A stretch of 59,023 bases of DNA, counting the filler, from Dugesia japonica (Eukaryota): assembly GCA_001938525.1 (NCBI GenBank). It is 5 parts of 5 records of this genome, joined end to end, with 100 filler letters (N's around TTAATTAATTAA, not from the genome) between each part and the next. Parts side by side here need not be neighbours in the genome. Positions count along the whole stretch, not along the records: positions 1 to 8,703 come from MQRL01639288.1; positions 8,804 to 23,033 come from MQRL01623499.1; 3 more parts are not named here. One strand, 5' to 3'. The notes under the pieces are model-generated. The model saw only the letters and a program-made list of their open reading frames with translations. It was not told the DNA's origin and did no database searches. Of the stretch, positions 1 through 12,524 are shown piece by piece (the first letter of the stretch is position 1; each line of letters begins with the position of its first letter). The translations under genes were made by a program, and so were the position numbers.

Positions 1-68
<68 letters not shown>

Positions 69-69
69 C
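1..69. repeat. (ATT)n microsatellite
   Basis: Perfect ATT trinucleotide run at the window start. Confidence 0.97.
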
Positions 70-309
70 ATTCTGGTTATTATTATAATAAAGATTGGAG
101 AAATATTATAATTATTATAAGAACAGAAAATCAAAGTATGAATAGTTATTGTATTTATATTCAATATTATTGTTATTATTTATATTCATTATTATTTCTT
201 TATTATCTATATTCATTGTTAGTGAATTATGTTATTATCTATAATGATAATATTTGTATTTTATATTTACAAAGGTTACTCTGGTGACATTTTAAATTTG
301 AAGCAAACA

Positions 310-460
310 ACGGTGACTCAGTTTGAATTTGAAAAAAAACCTACTGAGCTGTTTCAAAAAATATGTAGGTCCAACGGTAGTGGAGCAGTGGCATTATGGA
401 TACAAAAGATTATTAATGTTCCGGAGGGTGAACTTTCTCAAAGATAGACCTATGCCGCTC
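310..460 (+). mobile_element. Degenerate mariner transposase N-terminal HTH fragment
   Basis: Frameshifted FEFEKKPTELFQKICRSNGSGAV...FRRVNFLKDRP resembles the Mos1-type HTH (FEF..G..A.EA...I...YG..AV...F..G.F.LED.PRSGRP). Confidence 0.5.
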
Positions 461-555
461 ACCAAAACACAATTATCATCGATCCGGAGTATGGTTTTCA
501 AAAAATTGGAAACTGCAGAAACGATGATTTTATTTGAATCGATTCAATGATTTTG

Positions 556-591
556 GTGGGTGCTCGCAGTGAGCAACGAGGCCCACCTAGT
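556..591 (+). mobile_element. Helitron-like 3' end (hairpin followed by CTAGT)
   Basis: GTGGG-TGCTC..GAGCA..CCCAC hairpin immediately followed by CTAGT. Confidence 0.4.
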
Positions 592-2279
592 TTTAAAATA
601 ATATAAAAGAAGAACAGAACTTAGTATAACACTTACTTCTTTATAAATCATCAAACAATATCTGCAGTATTACTGTTGATATCGGCACTACTACTTAATT
701 CAGCACGTTAATACTCAACAGCCATTAGAAAATGGTTAAAGAAAACTTAACTGAGGAACAGTCCAGAATCAGACATTCAGCGAAACATTAAAAGTAATTG
801 AACGAGAATATTATATGCTGAACCGAGATCATCCACCAGAAGGATGAAATAATATTGAAATATTATGAAGAGGAAGTCATAAATTAATATTGAAATAATA
901 CTGAAAAGATTAATATTGTGAAAGTGAAGTCGCAGATGAATATTAAAGCTGAAATAATGATTGATAGAATAAAGATGAAATCATAAATTAATAATGAAGA
1001 CGAAATAAAATAATAGTTTGAAGATGGTGAAATAGATTACTAAAAGATGATTAGGATCAATTGAGGAGGGTTAGAACGACAATCTTAAACTTAAAGAGTA
1101 TAAATCAACAATGAAAGCCAACTGGTGATGATCTGGGTTTCCGCTCTTGATTATATTTTAATTCGAATGATTAATGGTCGTAAGATTGTTTTATTTAATT
1201 AATATGTAACGCACACGTAATAGTAGTGATTTTATATTAATTGCATTATTTAATTTTATTGACTCGGTTATATTTTGATTTTACATTAATATATTTTTAA
1301 TTTGATATTGACTCTACTTAATTTAATTTGTTAATTGGATGTTTAAATGAAAAGGCAACGTATGCTATTGATTAGGACTCGTTATGATTAAAACTATTAT
1401 AATGATTTTAATGATACTTTAATTATGAATGTTTTATTAATATTATAAATGACATTGAATAAAAACTTACTACATTATTAATTTGATGATTTGAATGCCT
1501 CGGAATAAGATTTATAGCAGTAAGTATATGTATTTTATGATTTACTACATTCTATATACAGTCCTTTGATTTGAATTTATATCGAATTTGATATTTAATG
1601 ATTTTGAATGATGATAAAGTATTGATACATAGAATAATAATAGATAAAATGAATTGGATTAACTTGAATACTTCCTATGGAAAAGGGATTTTTGGATATA
1701 AGGATTTAAGTATAGTCTCTAAGGTATAAGATCTTTTGTTTTAATGAACTAATAAATACTAAAATATAGGTTTAAAAATTAGGAAGCTTAGATTTTTTTA
1801 GGATTACTATTGAATAAGACATAATGATTATTGATAATATTTGAATAATATTGATTTTTAGCTGTTGATGATTTTATTTAATTATGATTTTTTTATTTCA
1901 TTATCATTAGTCTATTGAAAAATTGAATTGGTTATATAAAATGTTTAGTTTGAAATTAATTGTTTTAAAGAACTCATCTTATAGTAGTCGTACGATATTT
2001 TGTTCACGATATTTTATGATAGAAACTTTAAATAACAATTTAAAATGAATTACGTGACTCAAAATCATTCCTAATAACTATCCATACGCATCGCGAAGGA
2101 GGAAGTAGAATTCCCTGAGGACAATAAGATACTAAGTTCTCACAGCGGAATTCTAACTCCTGTTTCGTTTAAATAACAATAATTATATGAGAAATCAATT
2201 GTATAGTAAATGAATTAAAACATTCACTCGTGAATAAATGCAACTGATTATTATTTAAATATGAATTGTTGTGATTTAG

Positions 2280-2750
2280 ATGTCAAGAAAGATAAACTTG
2301 TCAGAAGCCGAGAAATCGCTCAAGGGATGGTCCTTCACAACAGGAGCATGTAATAACATGCCAACACTGTATGACTCCTGGACAGACTTTGGCACGGANA
2401 AGGAGCCTTGGTGGATGGCCGCCGATAGAATACGGATAAAGGACTGTGAAATTAGAGATAAGAATAGTGAAATCGACAAGCTGAGAACACAACTGGCAGA
2501 AGTTCAAGAGCAACTCCGACAACAAGAGGAAGACAGAGCCCAGTGCGATAGTGCTCTAGCCGATCTCTTATATCGAGTTTCGCAACATCTACAAACTTCC
2601 CCGACTATCAATGAACACGGCAAGGTATATGAAATAAAACTATTGTCGCATATCCAAGCATGGAAGCGATTAACCAGGCACATCGAGCAAACAATGCCGT
2701 CCATAGTCACACATTTGGATTCTTTGGAAGGAGAGGAAATTGCCGAATAA
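2280..2750 (+). CDS. Orphan 156-aa ORF with central coiled coil, function unknown
   Basis: Open ATG-to-TAA ORF (one N base), GC higher than flanks, heptad segment EIDKLRTQLAEVQEQLRQQEEDRAQ. No recognisable domain. Confidence 0.5.
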   Translation: MSRKINLSEAEKSLKGWSFTTGACNNMPTLYDSWTDFGTXKEPWWMAADRIRIKDCEIRDKNSEIDKLRTQLAEVQEQLRQQEEDRAQCDSALADLLYRVSQHLQTSPTINEHGKVYEIKLLSHIQAWKRLTRHIEQTMPSIVTHLDSLEGEEIAE

Positions 2751-2966
2751 CAATGAATTTTACTTATGCGTGATATACCATAATATATTTCTAGTTTGTA
2801 GATTAATTTGAACAAGAATTTTCTTATGAATAGTTGGAATAAAAATAGGATAAAATTTATTTACATGAACTAACAAAAGAGCAAAATTAAATGAGTATTT
2901 CAGAGTTTTAATTAAATAATTAGCGTTGTTGAAATTGAATTCCATTAATTATTTGTGAATTATAGA

Positions 2967-3314
2967 ATGTCTACCAGAATAACGAGACCAACGCAGGAAG
3001 AGTTATTGGTGGAGCAGCAGAAACTTCGAGCCGGAACGAAAAAGCTACAGAAAGAAATAAAGGAACTGAAGGACACCATCAGCAACACAAACAAGAAATC
3101 AGCCGTATTACGAGAACGATTGAGTGTGGGTCGGCGAAGGGAACTCACACTCATCTCGAATAACCAAATGCTAGCCGATCTCGTCAAGTCATACGCAGAT
3201 AGGGAAGCTGTGGTTCTAACTAAAACCAAACAACTATGGAAGGAATGTCGAGTTAAGGAGCGAGCGGAGACAGAAAATGTAATCACGGAGGAGACGATAT
3301 TTGGTTCACCGTAA
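2967..3314 (+). CDS. Orphan ~115-aa coiled-coil ORF, function unknown
   Basis: ATG at 2967, open frame, GC higher than flanks, heptads LQKEIKELKDTISNTNKK. Confidence 0.5.
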   Translation: MSTRITRPTQEELLVEQQKLRAGTKKLQKEIKELKDTISNTNKKSAVLRERLSVGRRRELTLISNNQMLADLVKSYADREAVVLTKTKQLWKECRVKERAETENVITEETIFGSP

Positions 3315-4199
3315 TGTAGACAATAAAATATTGAAAAGATTTGCTTTCATTTACTTAACATAAGCTTAGACATTTTACCAGTTTACACTGAGCAAGAATG
3401 AACATCGATTGGAACTTTCTGTCAAGACGAGATACAGCATAGTCTCGCTGAACTCGGGAATGGGGGATCGTGATGTAGGAGAAGACATTACAAATTTCTG
3501 TGGTTACTAGGTATCATCCACCGGAAATTCTTTTAATCGACAAAGCAATAAAGAGTCAGATATGCCAGACTGAATACAGCTAACATCAAAAGCCTAGTAA
3601 CCCAACAAATGTTTAATTAAAAATAATATTTATACTTTTATGTTATATTAGGTAATAAATTTTGATAACTTAAATATGTTTTGGAAGGCTAAATTTAAAT
3701 GTAAATACAATTTAAAATATTTTGTAGGTCTAAATAAGGTCTAAAATTGTTTGGGTCTAAATAAAGTCTAAAAANNNNNNNNNNNNNNNNNNNNNTAAAG
3801 TCTAAAAACGAACTTGTTTAGATCTAAAAAAATTACCCTAATGATAAGGCTAACGAATAAAGATTTATATAATTTCAGGATTATTATGATTTCTAAATTA
3901 TATAAATATTAATCCAAGTAGACATACAATAATAATATAATTATTTAACTAGAAAATATAAAATCCATATATTATTATGATTATAAATTCAGAATAGAGT
4001 AGAAAATAGAAAACCTTTTAATAGAAGAAGTAATAATAGTCAATTATTAATATTGTAATTAATATAATGGGGGATAATAAATTGTAAATAATTTATTAAT
4101 TAATCATTAATATCAATATGATTTTTAAAATTATTATTAACACGTAGTACAGGCATAATTTAAGCAGCATATTTTTAATTTTAAACAGCTATAAAAATG

Positions 4200-5290
4200 G
4201 CCATGTCAAAATAAATAACTTCTACAGTTTATTTAAAATTTCTATTTTGAAAAGACTATTCTGCAAGTTTAACGGAATTAAAGAAAATGCTCCCCGACAA
4301 GTACATACAAAAGAAAGCAAACCAAANNNNNNNNNNNNNNNNNNNNNNNNNNNNNNNNNNNNNNNNNNNNNNNNNNNNNNNNNNNNNNNNNNNNNNNNNA
4401 GAAAAAGATATTCGAATAAAAGAAGTGTAACAGATTTTGACAGAAACACGAAAGACAAGCACCTATGTAATGTCACAAAAGCTGTCAATTCCGCAATTGA
4501 CTGTTTTCAGAATTTTAAAGGAAGATTTAGGACTAAGAAAAAAATAGGCGGTTATATTCCACACGATTTTAACAAAAATCAACGGCAACATCGAGTTTTA
4601 GCCTACTCAAACAATATTAANNNNNNNNNNNNNNNNNNNNNNNNNNNNNNNNNNNNNNNNNNNNNNNNNNAGACTATTCTGCAAGTTTAACGGAATTAAA
4701 GAAAATGCTCCCCGACAAGTACATACAAAAGAAAGCAAACCAAAAATGATTCACTAACTTTAGAAAAGGTGATTTTCCGATAACAGACAAGCGAGGTGTT
4801 GATAGGACAATCGTCGCAGAAAAAGATATTCGAATAAAAGAAGTGTAACAGATTTTGACAGAAACACGAAAGACAAGCACCTATGTAATGTCACAAAAGC
4901 TGTCAATTCCGCAATTGACTGTTTTCAGAATTTTAAAGGAAGATTTAGGACTAAGAAAAAAATAGGCGGTTATATTCCACACGATTTTAACAAAAATCAA
5001 CGGCAACATCGAGTTTTAGCCTACTCAAACAATATTAAAGAATACAAAAAGCATAAAGAACGACTCAAACATACTTTGGCTATAGATGAGACATGGGTCA
5101 GATTTTACATGATTGCTTAGGCCCTCTTAAAAGAGCTCTTCGGGATGAGCAGCATGCAGATTGGTTACAATTCGAAAAACATCTAATGCAAGTTATTAAA
5201 GAAGGCACACAAAAAAGCTTATATGAAGGCGTTCAGCGATTTCCAGATCGTTGGCAAAGTGCCATTGATAAGAACGGGGACTACTTATGA
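4200..5290 (+). mobile_element. Mariner transposase relic with internal deletion; part duplicated across an assembly gap
   Basis: FRKGDF HTH segment, YIPHDF (WVPHEL motif), IDETWV (first catalytic D) fused to the C-terminus GPLKRALR...RWQSAIDKNGDY. 4251-4620 repeats 4671-5040 around a 50-N gap. Confidence 0.85.
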
Positions 5291-5319
5291 TATGTTCAAA
5301 ATTTTAGAGATTTCTTTGC

Positions 5320-5740
5320 TGCAAGTGCGTCAGTATTTTACCAAATATATTGAAGGATCGGGTAATTTGCATTGAGCTGATTTTTTACGAATTTGTGAAG
5401 CTGAAGCCAAAAATGAAATTAAAGAAATGATAAAAACAAGCCAATTGTTATAATGGTTGATGAATCTTTGACGCTGTATCTTTGCTGTATTGTTGAAAAC
5501 GGTTCTACCATCTACTGAACAGATTACTGTATTGGCATGAGTTAATTTCTTGGACACTTGCTGCCAGACAGTAGTAGACACTATGAGAGATTATAATGTC
5601 TCTTATACAAGTAAAGTTAGTTTAGTTTCGGATTAAGTCACCTATATGATTGCATGTTTTAGTAGTTTAAAAATTTTAATAGGAGAAAATATATTACATT
5701 TCCAGTGCTTGGCACATAAAATAAGCCTAATTGGAAAAAT
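5320..5740 (+). mobile_element. hAT/CGGBP-like transposase fragment
   Basis: Manual translation: VRQYFTKYIEGSGNLH*ADFLR (cf. CGGBP1 FLSRHVKNGGSIPKSDQLR), IVIMVDES, VSD*VTYM...ILHFQCLAHKISLIG (CxxH motif). Confidence 0.65.
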
Positions 5741-5859
5741 TACAATATTCTTGTCCTCTAGAATATTTCAATAACAACTAACTGATTAGAATATTTATTA
5801 AATAAAAATAATACCGTTAATTCGTATTATTCAAAAAAAGTTATCTCGAATTTTCATTA

Positions 5860-7860
5860 CTCTCCCCTCCTTCAAAACGTTTTCCGTGTTTTTAGCCATT
5901 CTATTCTTCTGGTTTTCAAACCATTTAGAAACTTGATTTCTACTTGATGTGCTGATAAAAACTTCATTATGTGATATGGCCCTTCATACAGCAAACCTTT
6001 TTTCTTTTGTTTGTGTGGTTCTACTCGGACTAATACCCACTCTCCCTCTTTCAAATATCTTTGTCCTCACTTATCTTTCTCGAAATTTTCCATTTTCTGC
6101 GCCGCCTTCTCCAAATTTTGTTGCACTATCTCTTCTCTGCCTGTCCTTCCTTTTGAGAGCGTTTCTTCTTTGGTATGCAGATTTATCTTTCGACCAAATA
6201 CCATTTCGAATGGAGAGAATTTTGTTGACNNNNNNNNNNNNNNNNTAATACTAACTTCTACTCTCGGTAATTAAGTCTCCTAATCTTTCTCATTACATTT
6301 CCCTTTTATTGATATCGTAATCATGCCCCTCACTGTTCGGATCACTCGTTCTACCAAACCATTCAACTGGTGTTGATACGGGGAACTAAACTCCTGTACA
6401 ATTCCAAATTTTCCTAGTTTTTTTGACATCGTTTGACTTTCAAGCCCTACTTCTGTCAATCAGAATGGGTTTGGGTTTACCAAAACGGTATATCCATGTG
6501 TTCAAAATTATCATAAAAATCGTTTTTTCATCCATTTTTGAAAATGCAGATAAGCTGACTAGACTATTAAAACGATCAATAATCACCACCATATATTTCT
6601 TTCCAAACTTGCTCTGTTCCATGAGCTATAACTAACACGATTTGTTCTAAAAAAATTTGGCTTCTCTATGGTATAAGTTTTTCTATTGTACGACTTTGTA
6701 CTACTTTTCTTTTGGCACACATCTCGCATTTATCAATACTTTTATTAATTTTCTCTCGCAACCTTGGCCAAAAATAACCATTTTGTACGTATGAAAATAA
6801 CCTTTTCCTTTCAGCATGAAATAAATCTTCATGAACTTTTTATATCACTTTATCAACTATGCTTGTCAGAACAATAAAAATGTATTTGCTCTTTCCACTC
6901 CTAACAAATCATCCACTATTTTCAATTCGTGCTTCAGTTTCCACACTATTTCTAGTCTCTAAACTTTCTTCTCGCAACATTACTACACAGCTTTGCATTT
7001 CTGAATCTTCTGTCTGATCCTGTCATTAATCATTGTAATTATATCGGTCTCATGTTGAATTTAATTGATATGTTTCACTCTGGCTTTTTATAAACTCTCC
7101 TTTAACCTCGACAACCCAACGCATTGTTGCGTTCTTCGCCTTTTCTATACTTAAATTCAAAATCATATTCTCCCAAATTCGCCATCCACTTCTGGAATTG
7201 TGGACTGATTTGTTTCTTTGTGTTGTTCATAAACACCAATGCTTTATGGTCCGTTCTTACTAGAAATCTCTTTCCATACAGATATTGTTTGAATTGTTGT
7301 ACAAATTTGTGTATAGCTAATAGTTCTTTCCTTGTCACACAGTACCATTTTTCATGAACTGTCAAATGTCGGGATCCATACACTATTACCACTTCCTTTT
7401 TCTCTTTGTATTGACTAAGAACTGCATCGATAGCCCCAAAACTAGCATCAGTGTCTAAAATGAACATCCGATCCTTTCTGGGATATTCTAATACTGGAGC
7501 ACTACATAGCTTGTCTTTTAATGCATTGAACTGTTCTGGCATGCTTCTGTCCAAACTAACGGTTTGTTGCAACCTGAGGTTGNTTCATATAAAGGAGCTG
7601 CTATTTTTGCATAATCTTTTATGAAACGCCTGAGGTAGTTTGTTAATCCGAGAAACGAAGGGAGTTTTGAAGAACATAATGGAACTATAGCATTCTTAAT
7701 CTCTTGAATCTTAACTTCATTAGTGCGTATATCAGTTGCACTAACTGTATGTCCCAAGCATAATACTTATTTCTGATAAAACTTAGATTTATCCGAGTTT
7801 ATTCTTAATCCCGAGTCTCTAATCCTGTAAAAGACTGTCTCTAACATTTTGTCGTGATCC
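5860..7860 (-). mobile_element. Ty3/Gypsy pol relic (RT end, RNase H, integrase) with polypurine tract
   Basis: SFLGLTNY, FILDTDAS, RTDHKAL, integrase core VIIDRF...IDR, GPY motif, then PPT GAAGGAGGGGAG at ~5862-5873. Many stops and frameshifts. Confidence 0.93.
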
Positions 7861-7869
7861 TCCAAACAT

Positions 7870-8130
7870 TAAAAGGAGCCGAAACAAGATTCTCGACAAT
7901 AGAATAAGAATTTTATGCAATAATATACGCGTTCAAACAATATCCGACAATTTATTTACTGTACTTTAGTCTCCATACGAACAGATCATAAGTCATTGGA
8001 GGGTTTATGGAAAAATAAAGAAACATCAACTAAAATATTTAAATGGGCCATGAAGATACCAGATATGAATATAAAGATCAAATATAAACCAGTGCAAGCT
8101 AACACAAATGCATATACACTATCTGAATTC
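7870..8130 (+). mobile_element. Second Gypsy RNase H fragment in the opposite orientation
   Basis: ETRFSTIE*EFYAIIYAFKQ...IRTDHKSL...KWAMKI...IKYKPVQANTNAYTLS. Confidence 0.8.
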
Positions 8131-8703
8131 CTAACATAAAAGAAGTAGATACTGTAAGTATAATTTTAGATAGTTAAATTTATTGATAGTTGGACCGAAG
8201 TTTTTAAAGAAAATAGTTTGATAAATAAAGAAATTAACTTCATGTAATAAAGTTGAAAGATTTAATTCAAAATATTTTGTTAAATATTAAATTTTGTAAA
8301 ATGATTAATTTTTGAAATTTAATTGAAAATATTTTGTTAAATATTGAATTTTATAAAATGAATAATTTTTTTAATTTATCATTTTTTAAATATTTTAAAA
8401 TAATTTCGGTCAGAATTAAATAAAAAGGTTAGCTAGTTTTAAAAATTTGTTTAAAAAACAAATTGATAGTTTGTTTTGATTGTGAATAAATCTTAGAATG
8501 AAAAGTGTTCTTTTTTTAATGCAAATATGAATGTTACACATTCATCTAACAGATACAATGGAGTAAATGGTTATAACAGAAAGTATAAATGGAAAAACGT
8601 TCGCAGAAAAGCAAAAACGAGAAATATATAGAAAATACAATATAACTTAAACGGAAATATGGTATATAAATTGTACCTGTTATGCCAAGAAAGGGAAGAT
8701 TAA

Positions 8704-8803
8704 NNNNNNNNNNNNNNNNNNNNNNNNNNNNNNNNNNNNNNNNNNNNTTAATTAATTAANNNNNNNNNNNNNNNNNNNNNNNNNNNNNNNNNNNNNNNNN
8801 NNN
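8704..8803. other. Artificial 100-nt scaffold spacer (N44-TTAATTAATTAA-N44)
   Basis: Six-frame stop linker centred in Ns; the same structure occurs four times. Confidence 0.95.
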
Positions 8804-8838
8804 AAGTATATAATTTAAATCATTTTTCATGAGTCTTT

Positions 8839-9066
8839 TCAATATTTAAGAAGCGTTTTTTCATTTTCTAAATTAAAATAATTATTGAGAAAAATCAAAA
8901 AGTTTAACGAACAGTCACTAAGTCTAGATCGAATTTTTGAAGAGAAATTTCCAGCTGTGGATAATGAATGTTCACTCTTTGTAGAAATCAGTTTCAAAGT
9001 CANTATAGCATTATAAATTTTTGTTCTTTCATTTGTCGTTTCAAAGAAATTAAATTCCTTTTCCAA
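8839..9066 (-). mobile_element. hAT transposase C-terminal dimerisation domain fragment
   Basis: STKSEHSLSTAGNFSSKIRSRLSDCSLNFLIFL matches the S..SER.FS.AG..R.RL consensus. Confidence 0.8.
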
Positions 9067-10599
9067 ATTTATTTTAGAAGAACATCCTTTCTTTTTCGAT
9101 TCTTCATTTTCATTTAATGCGCTTTCAATACCTAGATTTTTCTTTATTTAAATCTTTCATTTCAATCTGGGAAATCTTTTTATTATTATTAAAATTAACT
9201 AAATTAAATTAAATTTAATTTAATTAAGTTAATTTATTTTTGTATGAGATGGGGTAGTCTTGATATTTTGCATGCAGAGTCTCTATATTTTGCATAAGAT
9301 GGGCAGTCTTGATATTTTGTAATATATTACTACTAGATATCGGGCATACTTTATATGTTTTAAGTTATTATTACAATATATCGGACAGTCTTGGTATTTT
9401 ACATCGTATGTGCAGTCTATATATATTTGTGCATAATATGAACAGTCTTGAAATGTCGAACTGGGAGTCACTTTATTTAACATGGGGAGCCTCTATATTT
9501 AGCGAATTAGTTGCATCTGAGTTGCATACGTATTGCATTTGTTTCAAAAATTTAAAATTGAGTTTTTTTTAAATCAAAATGGTTGCTACATTAAGTTTTA
9601 AAAAATCAAAATGTTGAGTTTTATGTTGAGTCTATGTTGAGTTTTAAAAATTTTCAGACTTGTGATTTTCAGTGTATGTGTGTTGCAGCTGTAATGCTTC
9701 TGAGNNNNNNNNNNNNNNNNNNNNNNNNNNNNNNNNNNNNNNNNNNNNNNNNNNNNNNNNNNNNNNNNNNAACTTTTATTAAAATATTCAAATAAAAAAG
9801 TTCAAAGTCTTTGTGATATTTACATGTTAAAATATATCTATCAAAAAACTTTAGAGAGGGGAGTCTTTGTAATATTTACACGATGAAATATATCTATTAA
9901 AAAACCTTAAAGAGGGAAGTATTTGTGATATTCAAATAAAAAAAGTTCAAAGAGAGAGTCTTTGTGATATTTGCATGATACAATATTCAAATTAAAACTT
10001 TTCTATACAAGATGACAAAAACAGAACTTTTTTCATAAAAAAAATATTAACTAGGTAATTATCTATAAAATCATATTAGTGATGCACTTTTAAATAAAAA
10101 AATCTCATTAGCGATCCAATTTTAAATAAAAATACTCATTAGTGTTGCAATTTTTAATAAAAAATCTCATNNNNNNNNNNNNNNNNNNNNNNNNNNNNNN
10201 NNNNNNNNNNNNNNNNNNNNCATTTAATAAATAATCTATTTACCGTTGCAATTTTTAATAGCAAATCTCATTAGCGATGCAATGTTTCATTTAAAAACAC
10301 ATATCTAGTGACAATATTTCTAAAAAAACATATTACTAGTGACAATTTTTCTATAAGCATTATATTGGTGATGCAGGATGTCTATAATAAACACCTATGT
10401 AATGACAATTTCGTATACAAAATGATAAAAACATAGAAACTTTCCATATAGCCTATATAAAAAAGACTTATAAGTAAATATTTTGATATCTAAATAGGGT
10501 TTATGAGTGTATAAAGTTTAAGAGTGAAGAGGATTAAAGAAGAAAGAGGGTTTATGAGTGTACGTTTTGCATTGGTACCTTGTATTATAGGATTTGTTT

Positions 10600-11520
10600 C
10601 TATAATTCAGATGACAAATCATAGTTACTATCTTTTATTGACATAGCAACTATGTAATATAAGGTTTATGAGTGTATTTATACTTAGTAAAATTGTATTA
10701 TATGGTTTATGAGTATATTATTTACATAGTTACCTTGTATTATTTACATGCAACCGTTTATAATAAGGATTAAAAGGATTATGAGTGCATTATTTACATA
10801 TGTAAATAATATGTAAATAATATGTAAATAATTACACCTTGTATTATTTACATAGCAACAATGAAATATAAGGTTTTTGTAGTATAAGACTTATGAGTGT
10901 ATTAATATAATGTTTACGGGTATATTATTTGTTTAGATACTAATATTTAGATAGTAATATTTACATAACAACCTTTTAATATATAATTTTTGCGTCTATT
11001 ATTTACATATTAACCGTGTATTATAGGATTTATCAGTGTATTATTTGCATAGTTACCTTGTATTATTTACATAACAACCATGTATTATAGGGATTTTGTG
11101 TGTATTAATACATTGTAGCCCTGTATTATAAGGTTTACGTGTATATTATTTACAAAACAACCGTTTAATGGTTTTTGTATGTATTTTTTACACAGTAACC
11201 TTATATTATATGGTTTATGAGTCTGTTTTTCACATAGTTAATTTTTATTATTTACATAGCAACCATGTATTATAAGGATTTGTGTGTATTAATACATAGT
11301 AACCATGTATTTAAAGTTTTATGAGTATATTATTTACATATTAACCATGTAATATATGTTCATCATGCACAATACNNNNNNNNNNNATGTTCATGACAAT
11401 TTTAGATAACAAATAAATAATAAGTCTATATAAAAACTTATAAGAAAATATTTTTATGATTGTATAGGGTTTGTATTATTTGTATTATTTACATATTTGC
11501 ATTATTTACATATTAACCGT
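10600..11520. repeat. Degenerate ~40-bp minisatellite (TATTATTTACATAGCAACCATGTATTATAAGGTTTATGAGTG-like)
   Basis: Many degenerate copies; inverted copies at 13100-13510. Confidence 0.85.
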
Positions 11521-11995
11521 GTAATGAATTATTAATGAATTATTTATAAACAATTTCCACACTTAACTATTAAAAAAAACAAAAATACCTATTGGAAATA
11601 TCTGAATTGAATACATGCAAGAAAATGTAGTTTTCTCATTTTTCGTGAACCAATTTCTAGCTGAAAGAATTTGTTTTGCTTTTAAGAATTCCGAAAAAAT
11701 AAGAATGTAGCATTTCCACCGAATATTCTTAGAGTTGAAATATATAGATCACCATCCTGTATTGTTTGTGAATTAAATTCCATTAAATTCTAATTTATTT
11801 TAAATTTAACAATCAATTCTATTTAGTTATATAATATTATATAATGTTATAAAAAATTGATTTTTTTTCTTAAAATTATAATTATTATAATAACATGTAT
11901 TTTTCTTTTATTGAAAAATTAAAACAAAAATCCATTTTCAATCATAATTTGTAACCATAAAAAGGACTAGTTTATCGTTCTCATTCCCTTATTAT

Positions 11996-12336
11996 TCATA
12001 ATTCTATCCTTGATAGAAGAAATTGAAAGCATTTCTCTTTTAACATAGATTTTCTTTGATCATTTGTGATTTCAACATGAGTCGGCCACTCGTTCATTGG
12101 ATCCAAAACGATCCTCTCTATGTCCATCTGTAAGAAATGTGGCATGTTCTCCCAATAAGAAAACTTCCAATGTTTGACCAGCGTCTTGAGACATGGGAAC
12201 GTCTCCTCTAGTATATCCTTTACTAAAATTAATAATAAAATAAAACTTTACTTTTCTCGTCATGGAAAACTTCCTCTTCTTGTTTGATATCTTCATCTCT
12301 GATAAGACATCCTTCTTCATATTGAAATAGAGCCAT
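11996..12336 (-). CDS. Putative spliced 103-aa unknown protein (exons 12336-12252 and 12222-11996, 29-nt GT-AG intron)
   Basis: Removing GTAAAG...TTTTAG joins MALFQYEEGCLIRDEDIKQEEEVFHDEK to IKDILEETFPCLKTLVKHWKFSYWENMPHFLQMDIERIVLDPMNEWPTH...SRIEL*. The unspliced frame stops inside the intron. Confidence 0.45.
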
Positions 12337-12524
12337 TTAGTGATTTTTTTCAAAATATATATAATTAAAAATAATTAATAATGTTAGTAATATATTATAT
12401 TTGAAAGTAAAATACCACAACGTAATATATTTAATTAATTTAATTTAAAAATTTTAATTTAAATTGTTATTATTTGCACCTGAGTTGTACTTGTATTGCA
12501 TTTGTATTGCGAATTTTCCAAGTT

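Noticed and set aside
4251-5040. Tandem duplication in the mariner relic, and likewise 24971-25500 in the LTR
   Set aside because: Identical copies flank 50-N gaps; most likely unmerged contig overlaps.
9240-9460. CRISPR-like spaced repeats (CAGTCTTGATATTTT)
   Set aside because: Degenerate eukaryotic repeat with irregular units and no cas genes.
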